DNA of 64,000 bases from Terriglobia bacterium (GCA_020073705.1 JAIQES010000010.1:20166-84165); one strand, 5' to 3'; shown: positions 18,535 to 28,414, counted from the first letter of the stretch. Notes: generated by a model not told the origin, from the sequence alone. A program made the numbers and translations.

Positions 18535-20211
18535 ATGCCCGGGTTCTCAGGGGGAAAAATGAATATGAAGCGCTGGAATGCAGTTCTTCTGGTTCTGGTC
18601 GCGATCGCAATCATCGCGGTTATCTACGGGGCCAAAGTGATCCGGCGAGGCTTCAGCGCTGCCGACCAGCCTACTTCCTTGGAGAGGGTCTTATCTCGAA
18701 CCGTGCGGAATCTGGGAATCCCGAGTAGCGCCCGGAACGAAAAGAATCCGTGGACAGCCAGGCCGGAGGCTTTGCAAGAAGCACGAGAGAACTTTGCCAA
18801 CCGCTGTGCGATTTGCCACGGCAAAGACGGCAACGGACAATCGGAAATCGGCCAAAACCTCTATCCCAAGGCGCCGGATCTTCGTTTGCCGGCGACACAG
18901 AATCTCACCGATGGCGAAATTCACTACATCATTAGGAACGGGGTTCGGCTGACCGGGATGCCGGCTTGGAAAAATCCGCACATGGAGCAGGACAACAACA
19001 ATGCTTGGAAACTTGTCCTCTTCATTCGCTCCATATCGCAACTGACGCCCCAGGAAAAATCCCAACAGGATACAACTGCAAAGTCGGCGCATTATGTGGG
19101 TTCCGCGGCGTGCCAAAAATGCCACGCGCAGATTTATGAGTATTGGAAGAAGACGCCGATGGCAAACGTGGTGCGCGACCCCCGCGAGCATCCGGACGCC
19201 ATCACTCCCGATCTTGCCACCAATCCGCTGACCAAGTTTACGAAGGACCAAGTTGCATTCGTTTATGGGAGCGTCTGGAAGCAGCGGTACTTCACGAAAA
19301 TCGGTGATGACTATTTTCCGGAGCCGGCGCAGTGGGACGTCACCAATCACGTGTGGCGCCCGTACTTTGTGGCGAACGGAGCGGACTGGTGGGCGCCGTT
19401 CTATCCTCCCGACAACATGAAACGGCCCACCGGCCCCACGTGCGATGGCTGCCATTCGGTTGACTACAACATTCAGACCAAAAAGGTGGCGGAGTGGAAC
19501 GTGGGCTGCGAGCGCTGCCACGGTCCGGGCAGCGCTCACGTGGAGCACGCTACGCGCGGCAACATTCTGAATCCAGCGCGCATGGACTACGTCCACGCCA
19601 ACGACACATGCATTCAATGCCACTCGCAAGGGCGCCCGCTGACCAATCCGATCGGGGGCAAGTACTATGATTGGCCGGTCGGTTATCACGTGGGACTCAA
19701 CCTGCGGGATTATTGGCAACTCGAGGAGCACACCCTCGGCGAACTGAGCTTCACGCATTTTCAGGATGGCACGGCGCACAAGAATCGAATGCAGGGCAAC
19801 GATTTTGTGCAGAGCGTCATGTACCGGCGCGGTGTCACGTGTTTCGATTGCCACGATGTGCACGGCACGGATAACTATGCGCAACTCCGAAAGCCCGTAA
19901 ACCAACTTTGTTTGGAATGCCACGGTCCCGATTCTCGAAACGGACCCCGCACTGCGACGCTCACGGAACACACGCATCATAAAGACGGCAGCGCGGGAAG
20001 CCAGTGCATAGCGTGTCACATGCCGAAGATCGAGACGACCATTGCCGACGTCAAGGTTCGCGCCCATACATTTGCGTTCATCACGCCGGCCATGACGGAC
20101 AAATATAAAATCCCCAACCCGTGCACGTCCTGCCACAAGGATAAGACTACCGCCTGGGCAACCGAGGCGTTGCGCCATTGGCCCGAGCGCTCCCCGTGGC
20201 GAGTCGACTAG
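18535..20211 (+). CDS. multiheme c-type cytochrome (nine CXXCH), N-terminal membrane anchor
   Basis: 558 aa. TM helix WNAVLLVLVAIAIIAVIYG. Heme motifs are CAICH, CQKCH, CDGCH, CERCH, CIQCH, CFDCH, CLECH, CIACH and CTSCH. The true start may be the Met at 18559 or 18565. Confidence 0.85.
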   Translation: MPGFSGGKMNMKRWNAVLLVLVAIAIIAVIYGAKVIRRGFSAADQPTSLERVLSRTVRNLGIPSSARNEKNPWTARPEALQEARENFANRCAICHGKDGNGQSEIGQNLYPKAPDLRLPATQNLTDGEIHYIIRNGVRLTGMPAWKNPHMEQDNNNAWKLVLFIRSISQLTPQEKSQQDTTAKSAHYVGSAACQKCHAQIYEYWKKTPMANVVRDPREHPDAITPDLATNPLTKFTKDQVAFVYGSVWKQRYFTKIGDDYFPEPAQWDVTNHVWRPYFVANGADWWAPFYPPDNMKRPTGPTCDGCHSVDYNIQTKKVAEWNVGCERCHGPGSAHVEHATRGNILNPARMDYVHANDTCIQCHSQGRPLTNPIGGKYYDWPVGYHVGLNLRDYWQLEEHTLGELSFTHFQDGTAHKNRMQGNDFVQSVMYRRGVTCFDCHDVHGTDNYAQLRKPVNQLCLECHGPDSRNGPRTATLTEHTHHKDGSAGSQCIACHMPKIETTIADVKVRAHTFAFITPAMTDKYKIPNPCTSCHKDKTTAWATEALRHWPERSPWRVD

Positions 20212-20290
20212 AACATTGCAACACGCGCCGAAACACCTGAGAAGAAACAGCAAAGCTTGCATCCGGTGGGTGGTGGAGGAGGCAGCGCGG

Positions 20291-20316
20291 AGAACCCTCG
20301 CTAAGGCGAGGGTTCT
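20291..20316. terminator. hairpin between convergent genes (likely bidirectional terminator)
   Basis: Perfect 11-bp stem AGAACCCTCGC / GCGAGGGTTCT with loop TAAG. It lies between the cytochrome stop (20211) and the glycosyltransferase stop (20367). Confidence 0.55.
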
Positions 20317-20366
20317 GTCTGCAGTTTCCCTTTCGAATTCCCCTTCAGCGCTGGGAACGGCAACGG

Positions 20367-22160
20367 TCAGGTCCCGGGCGGATGATTCACGTACACGGTC
20401 TTTCCTGCCGCAGCAGCCAGTATCCAGGTTGAATTTTCCGGAAGCCGTTTCAGCACTTCCGCATTTTTCTCCGCGGGAACAACCAGAAAGACGCGATTCT
20501 GCCCTTCCCAAAGCGGAAGGAAATCCCGATCAGTGAAAAATGTTTTCGGGGCATCCGGATAATGAGAGCCGAATTCCAGATTGCTTCCCGTGGCGTTGTA
20601 GAGCAGCACGCGCTGGTGGGAGTAGAACGCAATACTGGGGGCGACTCGAATGTCCCCATACAGCGCGATCTGATCTCCGGGCCGCAGACTCTCGTTGATC
20701 TTCAGGGCCAGGGAACGAGAAGAAAGGGAGGATGTGAAAGCATTGTTGGCATCGTACGCGGCGAAGAAAAAGCCTGCCATCCCGAGGGCCAATATGACGG
20801 TCGAGGCGACCTGGCGCTTTCGCTCTCGCAAAATCCATGCCGCTAAAAAAGCGGCGAAGAACGAACTTACAGCAATGATCACGGGACCTCGAAGGTCGGC
20901 CACGGCCTCTGGCGTCAAATCCAGGATGTGCGCCATCGAGGAATGGTAGAAGTCCACACCGTGGGTCTTAAGATGGGCGGATATACTGCCGGGCACGAGA
21001 ATATGCGAGGGAACCCATAGGAAACACGCGGCCGCGCCTGCGAACAGCGCTCCCAGCACGGCCATGGCACGTCCGATCAACCGCAGCGAACGGCCGTCGC
21101 TGGCCTGTTCGGCAGTCGCGATACCAAAGGCAAGCAGAAGCGCCAGCGCAGGCCACGCCCCGAAACTGTAATACTCCATGCGAGAGCCGCTTTCGATTGA
21201 AAAAAACAATAGGATGACGCCGGCCCAGACGAATAGGAACAGCCGCGCCTGAGCGCTCGGATCCATGTTCCGCCCCCATGCGCGCGGCGAGGGAAACTCG
21301 CGAAAAACCAGAGGGGCGAAGAGGCTCCACGGAAATATCCAGACGAAAAGCTCGAGCCACCACAGCCAGAGAGGCACGGCACTGTAGTCATGTGGCAGAC
21401 GCGTGCCCAGGGCGCGATTGATGTTCTCGTTGACAAAATAGGCCCAATAGAATCCCGGCGCTCGAAGTCCAGCCAGGATGTGCCAGGGCGCGGCAATGGC
21501 AAAGAAAATCGCGAAGCTCGAAAGCAGGTGAAGTTCACGCCAACGGCGCCAACTCCGGGTTAATGTGATGAAAACGAAAATCACGCCCGCCGGAAAGAGC
21601 AGCCCGATCGGTCCTCGCGTCAGCATCGCGAGGGCGCAAACAGCGGCAGCGCCCCAGTAACCCGCGCGCGGATCAAGGCTGCCCGTCCAGGAACGAAGAA
21701 AAAGATAGAAGATCGCCGTGAACTCGAGGGCATAAATCGCCTCGGGGATCATGACGCGCGTGAAAATGAACATTCCCACACTGGTCGCCACCGCCAGCGC
21801 TCCATAAAGTCCGGCGCGCTCGCTGAGGAACCTGCGGCCAAATGCAAACGTCAAGAGCACGAGCCCGATCATCGACAACGCCAAGGGCAGACGCGTCGCG
21901 AACTCACTTTCACCCAGCATCGCGTAACTGGCGGCCACCATCCAGAAGTGCATCGGCGCCCGGATCAGGTATCGAATGCCGTCCATGTACATGATGACGT
22001 AGTTGTGACGCTGCAACATTTCGCGGGCAACCAGCGCGTGCGCGGCATCGATGTCGTCGTCGACCAGCGCAGAACCCCTGGCTGTGCCGATGTACAGCAA
22101 GGATGAAAAGACGAGCAGGCTCAATGCGATCCAAAGTGTCTTGATTCCAGCCTTCGTCAT
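20367..22160 (-). CDS. ArnT/PMT-like (GT39-type) membrane glycosyltransferase
   Basis: Polytopic membrane protein with N-terminal region DDDIDAAHALVAREMLQRHNYVIMYMDGIRYLIRAPMHFW...TRLPLAL, typical of the ArnT family. Start taken at MTKAGIKTLW (ATG 22160..22158). The track ORF begins at a TTG directly after the upstream stop. Confidence 0.8.
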   Translation of the reverse strand: MTKAGIKTLWIALSLLVFSSLLYIGTARGSALVDDDIDAAHALVAREMLQRHNYVIMYMDGIRYLIRAPMHFWMVAASYAMLGESEFATRLPLALSMIGLVLLTFAFGRRFLSERAGLYGALAVATSVGMFIFTRVMIPEAIYALEFTAIFYLFLRSWTGSLDPRAGYWGAAAVCALAMLTRGPIGLLFPAGVIFVFITLTRSWRRWRELHLLSSFAIFFAIAAPWHILAGLRAPGFYWAYFVNENINRALGTRLPHDYSAVPLWLWWLELFVWIFPWSLFAPLVFREFPSPRAWGRNMDPSAQARLFLFVWAGVILLFFSIESGSRMEYYSFGAWPALALLLAFGIATAEQASDGRSLRLIGRAMAVLGALFAGAAACFLWVPSHILVPGSISAHLKTHGVDFYHSSMAHILDLTPEAVADLRGPVIIAVSSFFAAFLAAWILRERKRQVASTVILALGMAGFFFAAYDANNAFTSSLSSRSLALKINESLRPGDQIALYGDIRVAPSIAFYSHQRVLLYNATGSNLEFGSHYPDAPKTFFTDRDFLPLWEGQNRVFLVVPAEKNAEVLKRLPENSTWILAAAAGKTVYVNHPPGT

Positions 22161-22196
22161 CCTCGACCCTCGTGCTGAAATTTGCGAATGGTTCAA

Positions 22197-22550
22197 TTAT
22201 GACACAGGCCCGAGCGCCGGATCGAACATTGGCGATCGGCGGTAGTGGGCCAGGCGCGTGCAGAAACACCCACCGCGAACGCCGCTCTGCATTCCGGACC
22301 TCAACTTCCGGGTGGGAGATAATTCGGGAGAGTGCCACGCAGCCAAGAACCCGGTTTCAAATTGAAAGTAACCAACCGGAGTGAGGGTTGCGGGCGTGGA
22401 GACAGTCGGTCTGGCGGCGTTGGCTGCGGGTTCCTCCCGCTGGCGTGCTTCTTCCGGGGTTTTGGGCGTTCCGGCCCCCTCCTGCGCTGCAGCGGAAATC
22501 GCGACCGCCACCAACAATGACAGTAGTAGTACCGACAAGGGCCGAATCAT
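22197..22550 (-). CDS. hypothetical secreted protein, possibly a truncated outer-membrane-protein remnant
   Basis: Start at MIRPLSVLLLSLLVAVAISAAAQ (signal peptide). The GYFQFETGF string resembles the first strand of some OM beta-barrel families, but the ORF ends after about 117 aa with a non-barrel tail. Confidence 0.35.
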   Translation of the reverse strand: MIRPLSVLLLSLLVAVAISAAAQEGAGTPKTPEEARQREEPAANAARPTVSTPATLTPVGYFQFETGFLAAWHSPELSPTRKLRSGMQSGVRGGCFCTRLAHYRRSPMFDPALGPVS

Positions 22551-22569
22551 CGTATTTTCGTCGCACGCT

Positions 22570-22986
22570 TCATTTCGCCCTAAGAAGAAGAACGGGCACA
22601 TTGACACTGTGCTGGACTCGGCTGGCTGTGGCGCCTAGAAATATATCGGCAAGGAAACGGTGTCCATGTGTGCTCATCGCCACTAGGTCGCAACCCTTGT
22701 GCTGAATCCATTTGATGATCTCCTTGACCGGTTCGCCGTAAGCAAGTTCGGCCTCTGTGGGAATGCCCATGGCTTGAAACTCTGCCCGGACTTTTTCCAA
22801 GTATGCAGTGTCTTCCGCGATTTCGGGACTGACCGCGTCCGGGCCATAGGTTCTAGCTGCCCATCCATCGGCCACATGAAGCAACGCCAAGCGGCTGTGC
22901 GCGAGCTTTGCGAGCTGTTTGACGTGTTCGATGATCGCCCGATCGCTAGACGTGCCGTCCAATGTCACGAGAATCTTTTCATACAT
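22570..22986 (-). CDS. universal stress protein (UspA family)
   Basis: 138 aa: KILVTLDGTSSDRAIIEHV...DLVAMSTHGHRFLADIFLGATASRVQHSVNVPVLLL. Confidence 0.9.
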   Translation of the reverse strand: MYEKILVTLDGTSSDRAIIEHVKQLAKLAHSRLALLHVADGWAARTYGPDAVSPEIAEDTAYLEKVRAEFQAMGIPTEAELAYGEPVKEIIKWIQHKGCDLVAMSTHGHRFLADIFLGATASRVQHSVNVPVLLLRAK

Positions 22987-23012
22987 GGGTTATTCCATTT
23001 CCGCCGACGGGC

Positions 23013-24410
23013 TCACCCGCCGGTGATGACCTGCCATGCGGCTTTGAACGAGTCCGGCAGGCCATAGATGTCCATCGCGGTGATCAGAGTAGCACTACCC
23101 CAACCGGCAATCAGTAGGAACCAACCGTTCTTCCAAGTCCCCATTCGCTTGCGGGAACTCGTGAAATGCAGGAGCGGGAACATGGCGAACGGAAGCTGCA
23201 GCGCTAGCACCACTTGACTGAGGGTCAGCAAATCGGTAACGCTGCTGTCGCCTCGCAGGCCGATAATGAAGATCGCTGGCAGGATAGCCAGCGTGCGGGT
23301 GATGAGCCGCCGCACCCAGGGTTTGATTCGCCAATGCATAAAGCCTTCCATCACGACTTGCCCGGCGAGAGTGCCGGTGATGGTGCTGCTCTGGCCGCTT
23401 GCCAGGAGCGCCACCGCAAACAACGTGCTCGCAACAGTCGTCCCTAACAACGGCGCCAGCGTCAAATAAGCGACCCGAATCCAATCACTGTCGGCGCTGA
23501 ACTTGACCACCTGCCCACCCGATGCGGTCACGCTTTCCTTTCCGAAGAACACCATCGCCGCGAGCACCAGAATCGCCGCGTTGACGAAGAAGGCGATGAT
23601 CAGGGCCACGGTTGAGTCGATGGTGTTGAACTGGACCGCGCGACGAACGGACAGTTCGTCCTTCTGCAACTGGCGGCTCTGTACGAGGGCCGAGTGCAGG
23701 TACAGGTTGTGGGGCATCACGGTCGCGCCGATGATACCGATGGCGATGTATAAGATCCCGGATTGACGAAAGTGTGGCGACACCAATGCCCGTCCCATCT
23801 CCAGAAAGCTGGGGCGGGTCTGCGGGAGAACGAAAATCTCGATAAAGTAGCACACGCCGATGGTCGCGATCAGCAGCAGGACTATGGCCTCGATGGTGCG
23901 CATGCCAAACCGCTGCAAGGCCAACAGTAGCAGCACGTCCAAGCCCGTGATGATGACCGCCCATAGCAGGGGAATATGGAACAGCAAGTTGAGGGCTACG
24001 GCACTTCCGAGCACCTCCGCCAAGTCACAGGCGCCAATGGCCACTTCGCTCATCAGCCAGTTGGGCCAACGCGTCCACTTGGGGTACCAGTCCCGGCAGC
24101 ATTGGGCGAGATCCTTGCCGGTGACCACGCCCAATCGGGCGGAAATGACTTGCACGAAGATGGCCATCAGGCTGGCCAGGCCGACTACCCACAAAAGCCC
24201 GTACTTGAACTGAGCGCCGCCTTGCAGGTCCGTCCCCCAGTTGCCGGGGTCCATGTAGCCGACGCTGACGAGAATCGCCGGCCCGACGAAAGCCCGCCAC
24301 TGCTCCCAGAAGCCGGCCTGATGGTGCGGCACCTCGACGCTACTGTGCACCCCCTCCAAAGAAAGATGGCTGCCCTGTGGAACCTTCGTTCCCATCCGTG
24401 CCCCTCGCAC
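23013..24410 (-). CDS. mntH: NRAMP-family divalent metal (Mn2+/Fe2+) transporter
   Basis: 465 aa with the DPGNWGTDLQGGAQFKYGLLWV signature, MPHNLYLHS, and about 11 TM segments. Confidence 0.9.
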   Translation of the reverse strand: MRGARMGTKVPQGSHLSLEGVHSSVEVPHHQAGFWEQWRAFVGPAILVSVGYMDPGNWGTDLQGGAQFKYGLLWVVGLASLMAIFVQVISARLGVVTGKDLAQCCRDWYPKWTRWPNWLMSEVAIGACDLAEVLGSAVALNLLFHIPLLWAVIITGLDVLLLLALQRFGMRTIEAIVLLLIATIGVCYFIEIFVLPQTRPSFLEMGRALVSPHFRQSGILYIAIGIIGATVMPHNLYLHSALVQSRQLQKDELSVRRAVQFNTIDSTVALIIAFFVNAAILVLAAMVFFGKESVTASGGQVVKFSADSDWIRVAYLTLAPLLGTTVASTLFAVALLASGQSSTITGTLAGQVVMEGFMHWRIKPWVRRLITRTLAILPAIFIIGLRGDSSVTDLLTLSQVVLALQLPFAMFPLLHFTSSRKRMGTWKNGWFLLIAGWGSATLITAMDIYGLPDSFKAAWQVITGG

Positions 24411-24449
24411 CTTAGCGTCAGTATAGTATCACAGGTTAACAGCAGCTAA

Positions 24450-25127
24450 CTAACGCTTCACTGCTGGAATCGATGGAGGGGAAGACACCCAGATTTTCTC
24501 TGCCGCGGGGCCGCCCAAGACAATGGCGCCCGCGGACGTGTCGATCGAGAGGGTCTGGTCGTAGTTGCGCTCGCGCAGATACAGCTCGCTTCCCGGCCTG
24601 ATACCGCGTCTATCAAACAGCTCGCCCAGCCGTGAATCCCTCTCATACACGCTGGCCACGGTGTAGCTTTGGCCCGGTTCCGCTTCCGACAGCAGCTTGT
24701 ACCCACGCCTGCGCTTCCGTGCGGGACTATCGACGATCGCGAAATTACCGTGAGGACAGGCCCCGCCTTGCCCAAGCTTCTTGACCAGCAACGACTCGAA
24801 ATCCGCTGAGACGGCGTGCTCCAACCTTTCGGCTTCGTCATGGGTGCGATACCACGGCATACCGAAAATCTCGGTCAGCATCCGTTCGATGAGGTGGTGT
24901 CGAACCGCGATACGCTTTGCGATCCGCCGTCCTTCATCGGTCAACCGCACCCGCCCGTCTTTGCGCACATCTACCAGGCCATCACGCGTTAACCGGCGTA
25001 AAGCCATGGTGACGGCGGGCGGGGAAACCTTGAGCCAATTCGCCAGCGTCCTTGAAATGACAGCTTCGCCTTCGCTCTCAGCTTCGAAAATCGCTTTCAG
25101 ATAGTCTTCTTTGGAAACGGTGATCAT
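24450..25127 (-). CDS. mntR: DtxR/MntR family metal-dependent transcriptional regulator with FeoA/SH3-like C-terminal domain
   Basis: 225 aa: EDYLKAIFE...VSPPAVTMALRRLTRDGLV...RHHLIERML. It lies immediately upstream of mntH on the same strand, with a 39-bp gap. Confidence 0.85.
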   Translation of the reverse strand: MITVSKEDYLKAIFEAESEGEAVISRTLANWLKVSPPAVTMALRRLTRDGLVDVRKDGRVRLTDEGRRIAKRIAVRHHLIERMLTEIFGMPWYRTHDEAERLEHAVSADFESLLVKKLGQGGACPHGNFAIVDSPARKRRRGYKLLSEAEPGQSYTVASVYERDSRLGELFDRRGIRPGSELYLRERNYDQTLSIDTSAGAIVLGGPAAEKIWVSSPPSIPAVKR

Positions 25128-25659
25128 CGCGAGGCGCGATTATAGCTGGCCAGGCTAGCCCTTCACAATGGCGTCACTCAAACGCCTGCACCGCCACTGC
25201 CGGGAAAGTCGGCTACACGTAGAAGTGACCTCGTTCGCAGCCGATTAACGGGGCCTCTCGAGATTGTGCCCGAATCACGGCGCACTAGGAAGTAGTATCG
25301 CGCAAAGGCCCAAACAGCTCTCGGAGAATCCGGCGCTACAAACTAGTGGGAAAATTCAAACTGATCCACTACCGATCGGCGAATGAAGATTGCGGCGCCA
25401 GTGACCGACAGCCCGTCCATTGCGCCCCAGTCCGATGATCGCGCAATGCCATCGGACAGCGCGGCACGGATGATGCGCTGAACCCGGCACAAGTCGGGGA
25501 ACTGGGCGCCTGTTCTTCTTCTGTCCGTTTGACCAGTAGTTTTTCCCCCTCTCTCGGTTCTAGCCTTGTCTGCAAGGTCCTTGTGAGATTCCACGGCACG
25601 GATTCGCAGCGCAGCATTTGGGTTGCGTGCGTCCCGATTTCCTTGCGGAGGGCTCCATC

Positions 25660-26121
25660 ATGGTTGATCTCCAGGCATTTCAGGAATTCCGGTCCGGTCT
25701 CGCCTTCCTGCGCGGCGGTGATGCGCACAAAGCGCTTTCTCATCTGCGCTACGCTCTCGATCACGACCCGGACAATCCCTTTTACATCTCCTATGTGGGC
25801 GTCGCCATCGCGGCAGCCGAACAAAAATGGGCCGAGGCGGAAAAGCTCTGTCATTCCGCGATGCGTATGAATCGACGGCAGGCGCAGCTTTACCTGAACC
25901 TGGCGGAAGTGTATGTCGCCGCCGACCGCAAGCAAGATGCGGCCGACATCCTCGCGCGAGGACTGCACTACGCGCCGCGCGACCAGCGGCTGCAAATGGC
26001 GCTGGATCATCTGGCAATGCGCCGGCCGGCAATGCTGCCATTTCTGCCTCGGCAGCATGTCCTCAACCGCAACCTCGGCAAGATCCGTCACCATGCTCTG
26101 CAAATTCTGGCTGCGCTCTGA
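25660..26121 (+). CDS. TPR-repeat protein
   Basis: In-frame ATG at 25660 with a GGAGGG RBS. TPR-like helices are present (AHKALSHLRYALDHDPDNPFYISYVG..., AQLYLNLAEVYVAADRKQDAADILARGLHYAPRD). Confidence 0.6.
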   Translation: MVDLQAFQEFRSGLAFLRGGDAHKALSHLRYALDHDPDNPFYISYVGVAIAAAEQKWAEAEKLCHSAMRMNRRQAQLYLNLAEVYVAADRKQDAADILARGLHYAPRDQRLQMALDHLAMRRPAMLPFLPRQHVLNRNLGKIRHHALQILAAL

Positions 26122-26202
26122 TTTTCTTGGACTGTTGATTCAGTGACAAAAACAGGCCCCAGGATTGCACCCGCGTACACTGCACGGTATGATCCAATTC
26201 CG

Positions 26203-26490
26203 ATGCGGCGCGTCTACGGATTTTTCATCTACAACTCGGACAAAGTCTGTCCCCGCTGTGGGAGCATGCACGTGCATCGCACCAAACGCGGCCGCATTCT
26301 TGAATTTTGGGTCCTGATGTTCCTGCCCGTCCGTCCATACCGTTGCGGAAAGTGCCGCTTGAGATTTTACGGCCCCAAGAGATTTACGGATGACCAGCAA
26401 CTCGATGACGCCGGGGAACCTCTGGCAACCGATGCCGCTGCACAGTCAAGCCGCCGCATTTCCGAGTCTTCTCGCTCTTCCCGGCACTAG
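26203..26490 (+). CDS. small zinc-ribbon protein
   Basis: CPRCGS...(26 aa)...CGKCRLRF gives two CxxC pairs, followed by an acidic/Ser-rich tail. Start taken at MRRVYGFF, though the track ORF starts at 26143. Confidence 0.5.
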   Translation: MRRVYGFFIYNSDKVCPRCGSMHVHRTKRGRILEFWVLMFLPVRPYRCGKCRLRFYGPKRFTDDQQLDDAGEPLATDAAAQSSRRISESSRSSRH

Positions 26491-26571
26491 CACGATCCCT
26501 GCCGTTCATCTTCCCCTGCGGAGTTCATCTAGGCGGCACATAACTCCGTCTTTGTAATACAATGCCGGATC

Positions 26572-28173
26572 GTGGAACTCAATTTCAGCGCGCTGCCGCA
26601 CCGCTTATTCGGCCCTGATACGAGGCTCCCCGGCTATCTGGCCGCGCGCTGGCTGTTTCTGCGCGCGCTCGGGTTGATTTTTTTCTCTGCATTTTATTCG
26701 CTCGCATTTCAGATCCGGGGCCTCATCGGCCCGCGGGGAATTCTCCCCGCGCGGGACTATCTAACGGAAGTGGCGCGCATCCTGGGAGTGTGGCGCTTCT
26801 GGTTCGCGCCGTCAGTGTTTTGGTGGTCGGCGAGCGATCGCGCGCTTCTGGCGGTTTGCATCGTGGGGATGCTGGCGTCACTGCTGCTGGTTCTGAACCT
26901 CTGCCCGCGCGGTATGCTGGTGATCTGTCTTGCCGCGTTTCTTTCTTTCGTCAGCACTGCGCAGGATTTTGCGAGCTATCAGTCCGACGGCATGCTGCTC
27001 GAAGCGGGCTTCATCAGTCTGTTTTTTGCGCCAGCAGGATGGCGCCCGCGTTGGGGAATCTTGGAGCCGCCTTCTCGTGCCAGCCGGTTTCTGCTGGTCT
27101 GGCTGTTGTTCCGTATTTATTTTGAATCCGGCATCGCGAAAATGCTGGGGCACGATCCCGAATGGCGCAATTTCACCGCATTGGACCAGTATTATCAAAA
27201 TGGCCCGCTGCCGACCTGGATCGGGTGGTACGCGCAGCACTTGCCGCATGGGTTTCATGTCGCCACGGCATTACTGACGCTCGCTCTGGAACTGGTTTTG
27301 ATCTTCGGCGTGCTTCTGCCGCGCCGCTCCCGCATTCTGCTGTTCTTTATCATTACTCCCTGGCAGTTGGGCATCATCTTGACCAGTAACTACGCCTTCT
27401 TGAATTATCTCGTCCTTGTGCTGGGCTTTCTCCTGCTCGACGACACGTTTCTGGCGCGGTTGCTGCCACGGGACTTGCGCGCCGCTACCAGCGCCGGTTC
27501 TTCAATCGGCGTCTCGTCAGCGACAGCGGCACAAGCCTCCGACTGGAAAGGCAGCTTTCGCCTGTGGGTGCAGGGCTTCTTCTTGACGTGGGTGTTCTAT
27601 GCCACTTCGATCCTGCTTCTTTCCATGTTCATGCCGCAAGTCTCGTGGCCGGTTCTGCCCGTGCGCGCGCTACAGCCGTTCCGCTTCGCCAATGATTTCG
27701 GACTATTTGCCGTGATGACGCGCGACCGCTATGAAATCGAATTCCAGGGATCGCGCGACGGCCAGACCTGGACGGCCTATCCTTTCCGGTATAAGCCGCA
27801 AGACCTCCATGCTCCTCCCCGGATTTACGCCCCCTACCAGCCTCGTTTTGACTGGAATCTCTGGTTCGCTTCGCTGGGCGGTTGGCGCCAATATCCTTTC
27901 GTGCTTCGGGTTGAGCAGCGCCTTCTCACCGGCGAGCCGGACGTCCTCGCTTTGTTCGGGGGCAATCCCTTCCCCGGGGAGGCGCCTCAACAGATCCGCG
28001 CGGTTCTCTGGCAATACTGGTTTTCCGACTGGAAGGAGAAGCGCGAACAAGAACTCTGGTGGCGGCGCGAGTGGGTTGGACTTTACGCGCCGACGCTTGC
28101 GCGCGCGCCCGATGGAAAAATTTTCGTCCTGGAGTGGCCTGAGATTCCCCCAGCACCCTCTCCTGGCCCTTAA
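26572..28173 (+). CDS. lipase maturation factor (LMF1)-like membrane protein
   Basis: 533 aa. N-terminal ARWLFLRALGLIFFSAFYSLAFQIRGLIGPRGILPA and C-terminal YEIEFQGS.DG.TW..Y.F.YKP pattern, as in the LMF family. Confidence 0.7.
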   Translation: MELNFSALPHRLFGPDTRLPGYLAARWLFLRALGLIFFSAFYSLAFQIRGLIGPRGILPARDYLTEVARILGVWRFWFAPSVFWWSASDRALLAVCIVGMLASLLLVLNLCPRGMLVICLAAFLSFVSTAQDFASYQSDGMLLEAGFISLFFAPAGWRPRWGILEPPSRASRFLLVWLLFRIYFESGIAKMLGHDPEWRNFTALDQYYQNGPLPTWIGWYAQHLPHGFHVATALLTLALELVLIFGVLLPRRSRILLFFIITPWQLGIILTSNYAFLNYLVLVLGFLLLDDTFLARLLPRDLRAATSAGSSIGVSSATAAQASDWKGSFRLWVQGFFLTWVFYATSILLLSMFMPQVSWPVLPVRALQPFRFANDFGLFAVMTRDRYEIEFQGSRDGQTWTAYPFRYKPQDLHAPPRIYAPYQPRFDWNLWFASLGGWRQYPFVLRVEQRLLTGEPDVLALFGGNPFPGEAPQQIRAVLWQYWFSDWKEKREQELWWRREWVGLYAPTLARAPDGKIFVLEWPEIPPAPSPGP

Positions 28174-28414
28174 TCTTGATGTGCGGTGGAGGTCCCTGCC
28201 GCCCTCGCGAACCTCGCCAAATCTCACAGGAAAGCCAAGTTTTGCGGCAGTTCCGCTCTACCAGGAGGTTCTAGGACTATCGTCCCAGACCGCCGGGAAC
28301 CATCGTTCCATCATTTTCAGGACCACTGAGCCATAGCCTGCGTCCACCCCGGCTCATAACATCGCCTCACGTTGCAGGGATGCCCAGCCGTTCGAAACCC
28401 CGCAGCGCACTGAG

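Noticed and set aside
22197-22338. Frameshift rescue of the small secreted ORF using ORF 21910..22338 to rebuild a full outer-membrane barrel.
   Set aside because: The alternative frame (MALSRIISHPEVEVRNAERRSRWVF...) shows no beta-barrel pattern and overlaps the glycosyltransferase start. There is no support for a longer ancestral gene.
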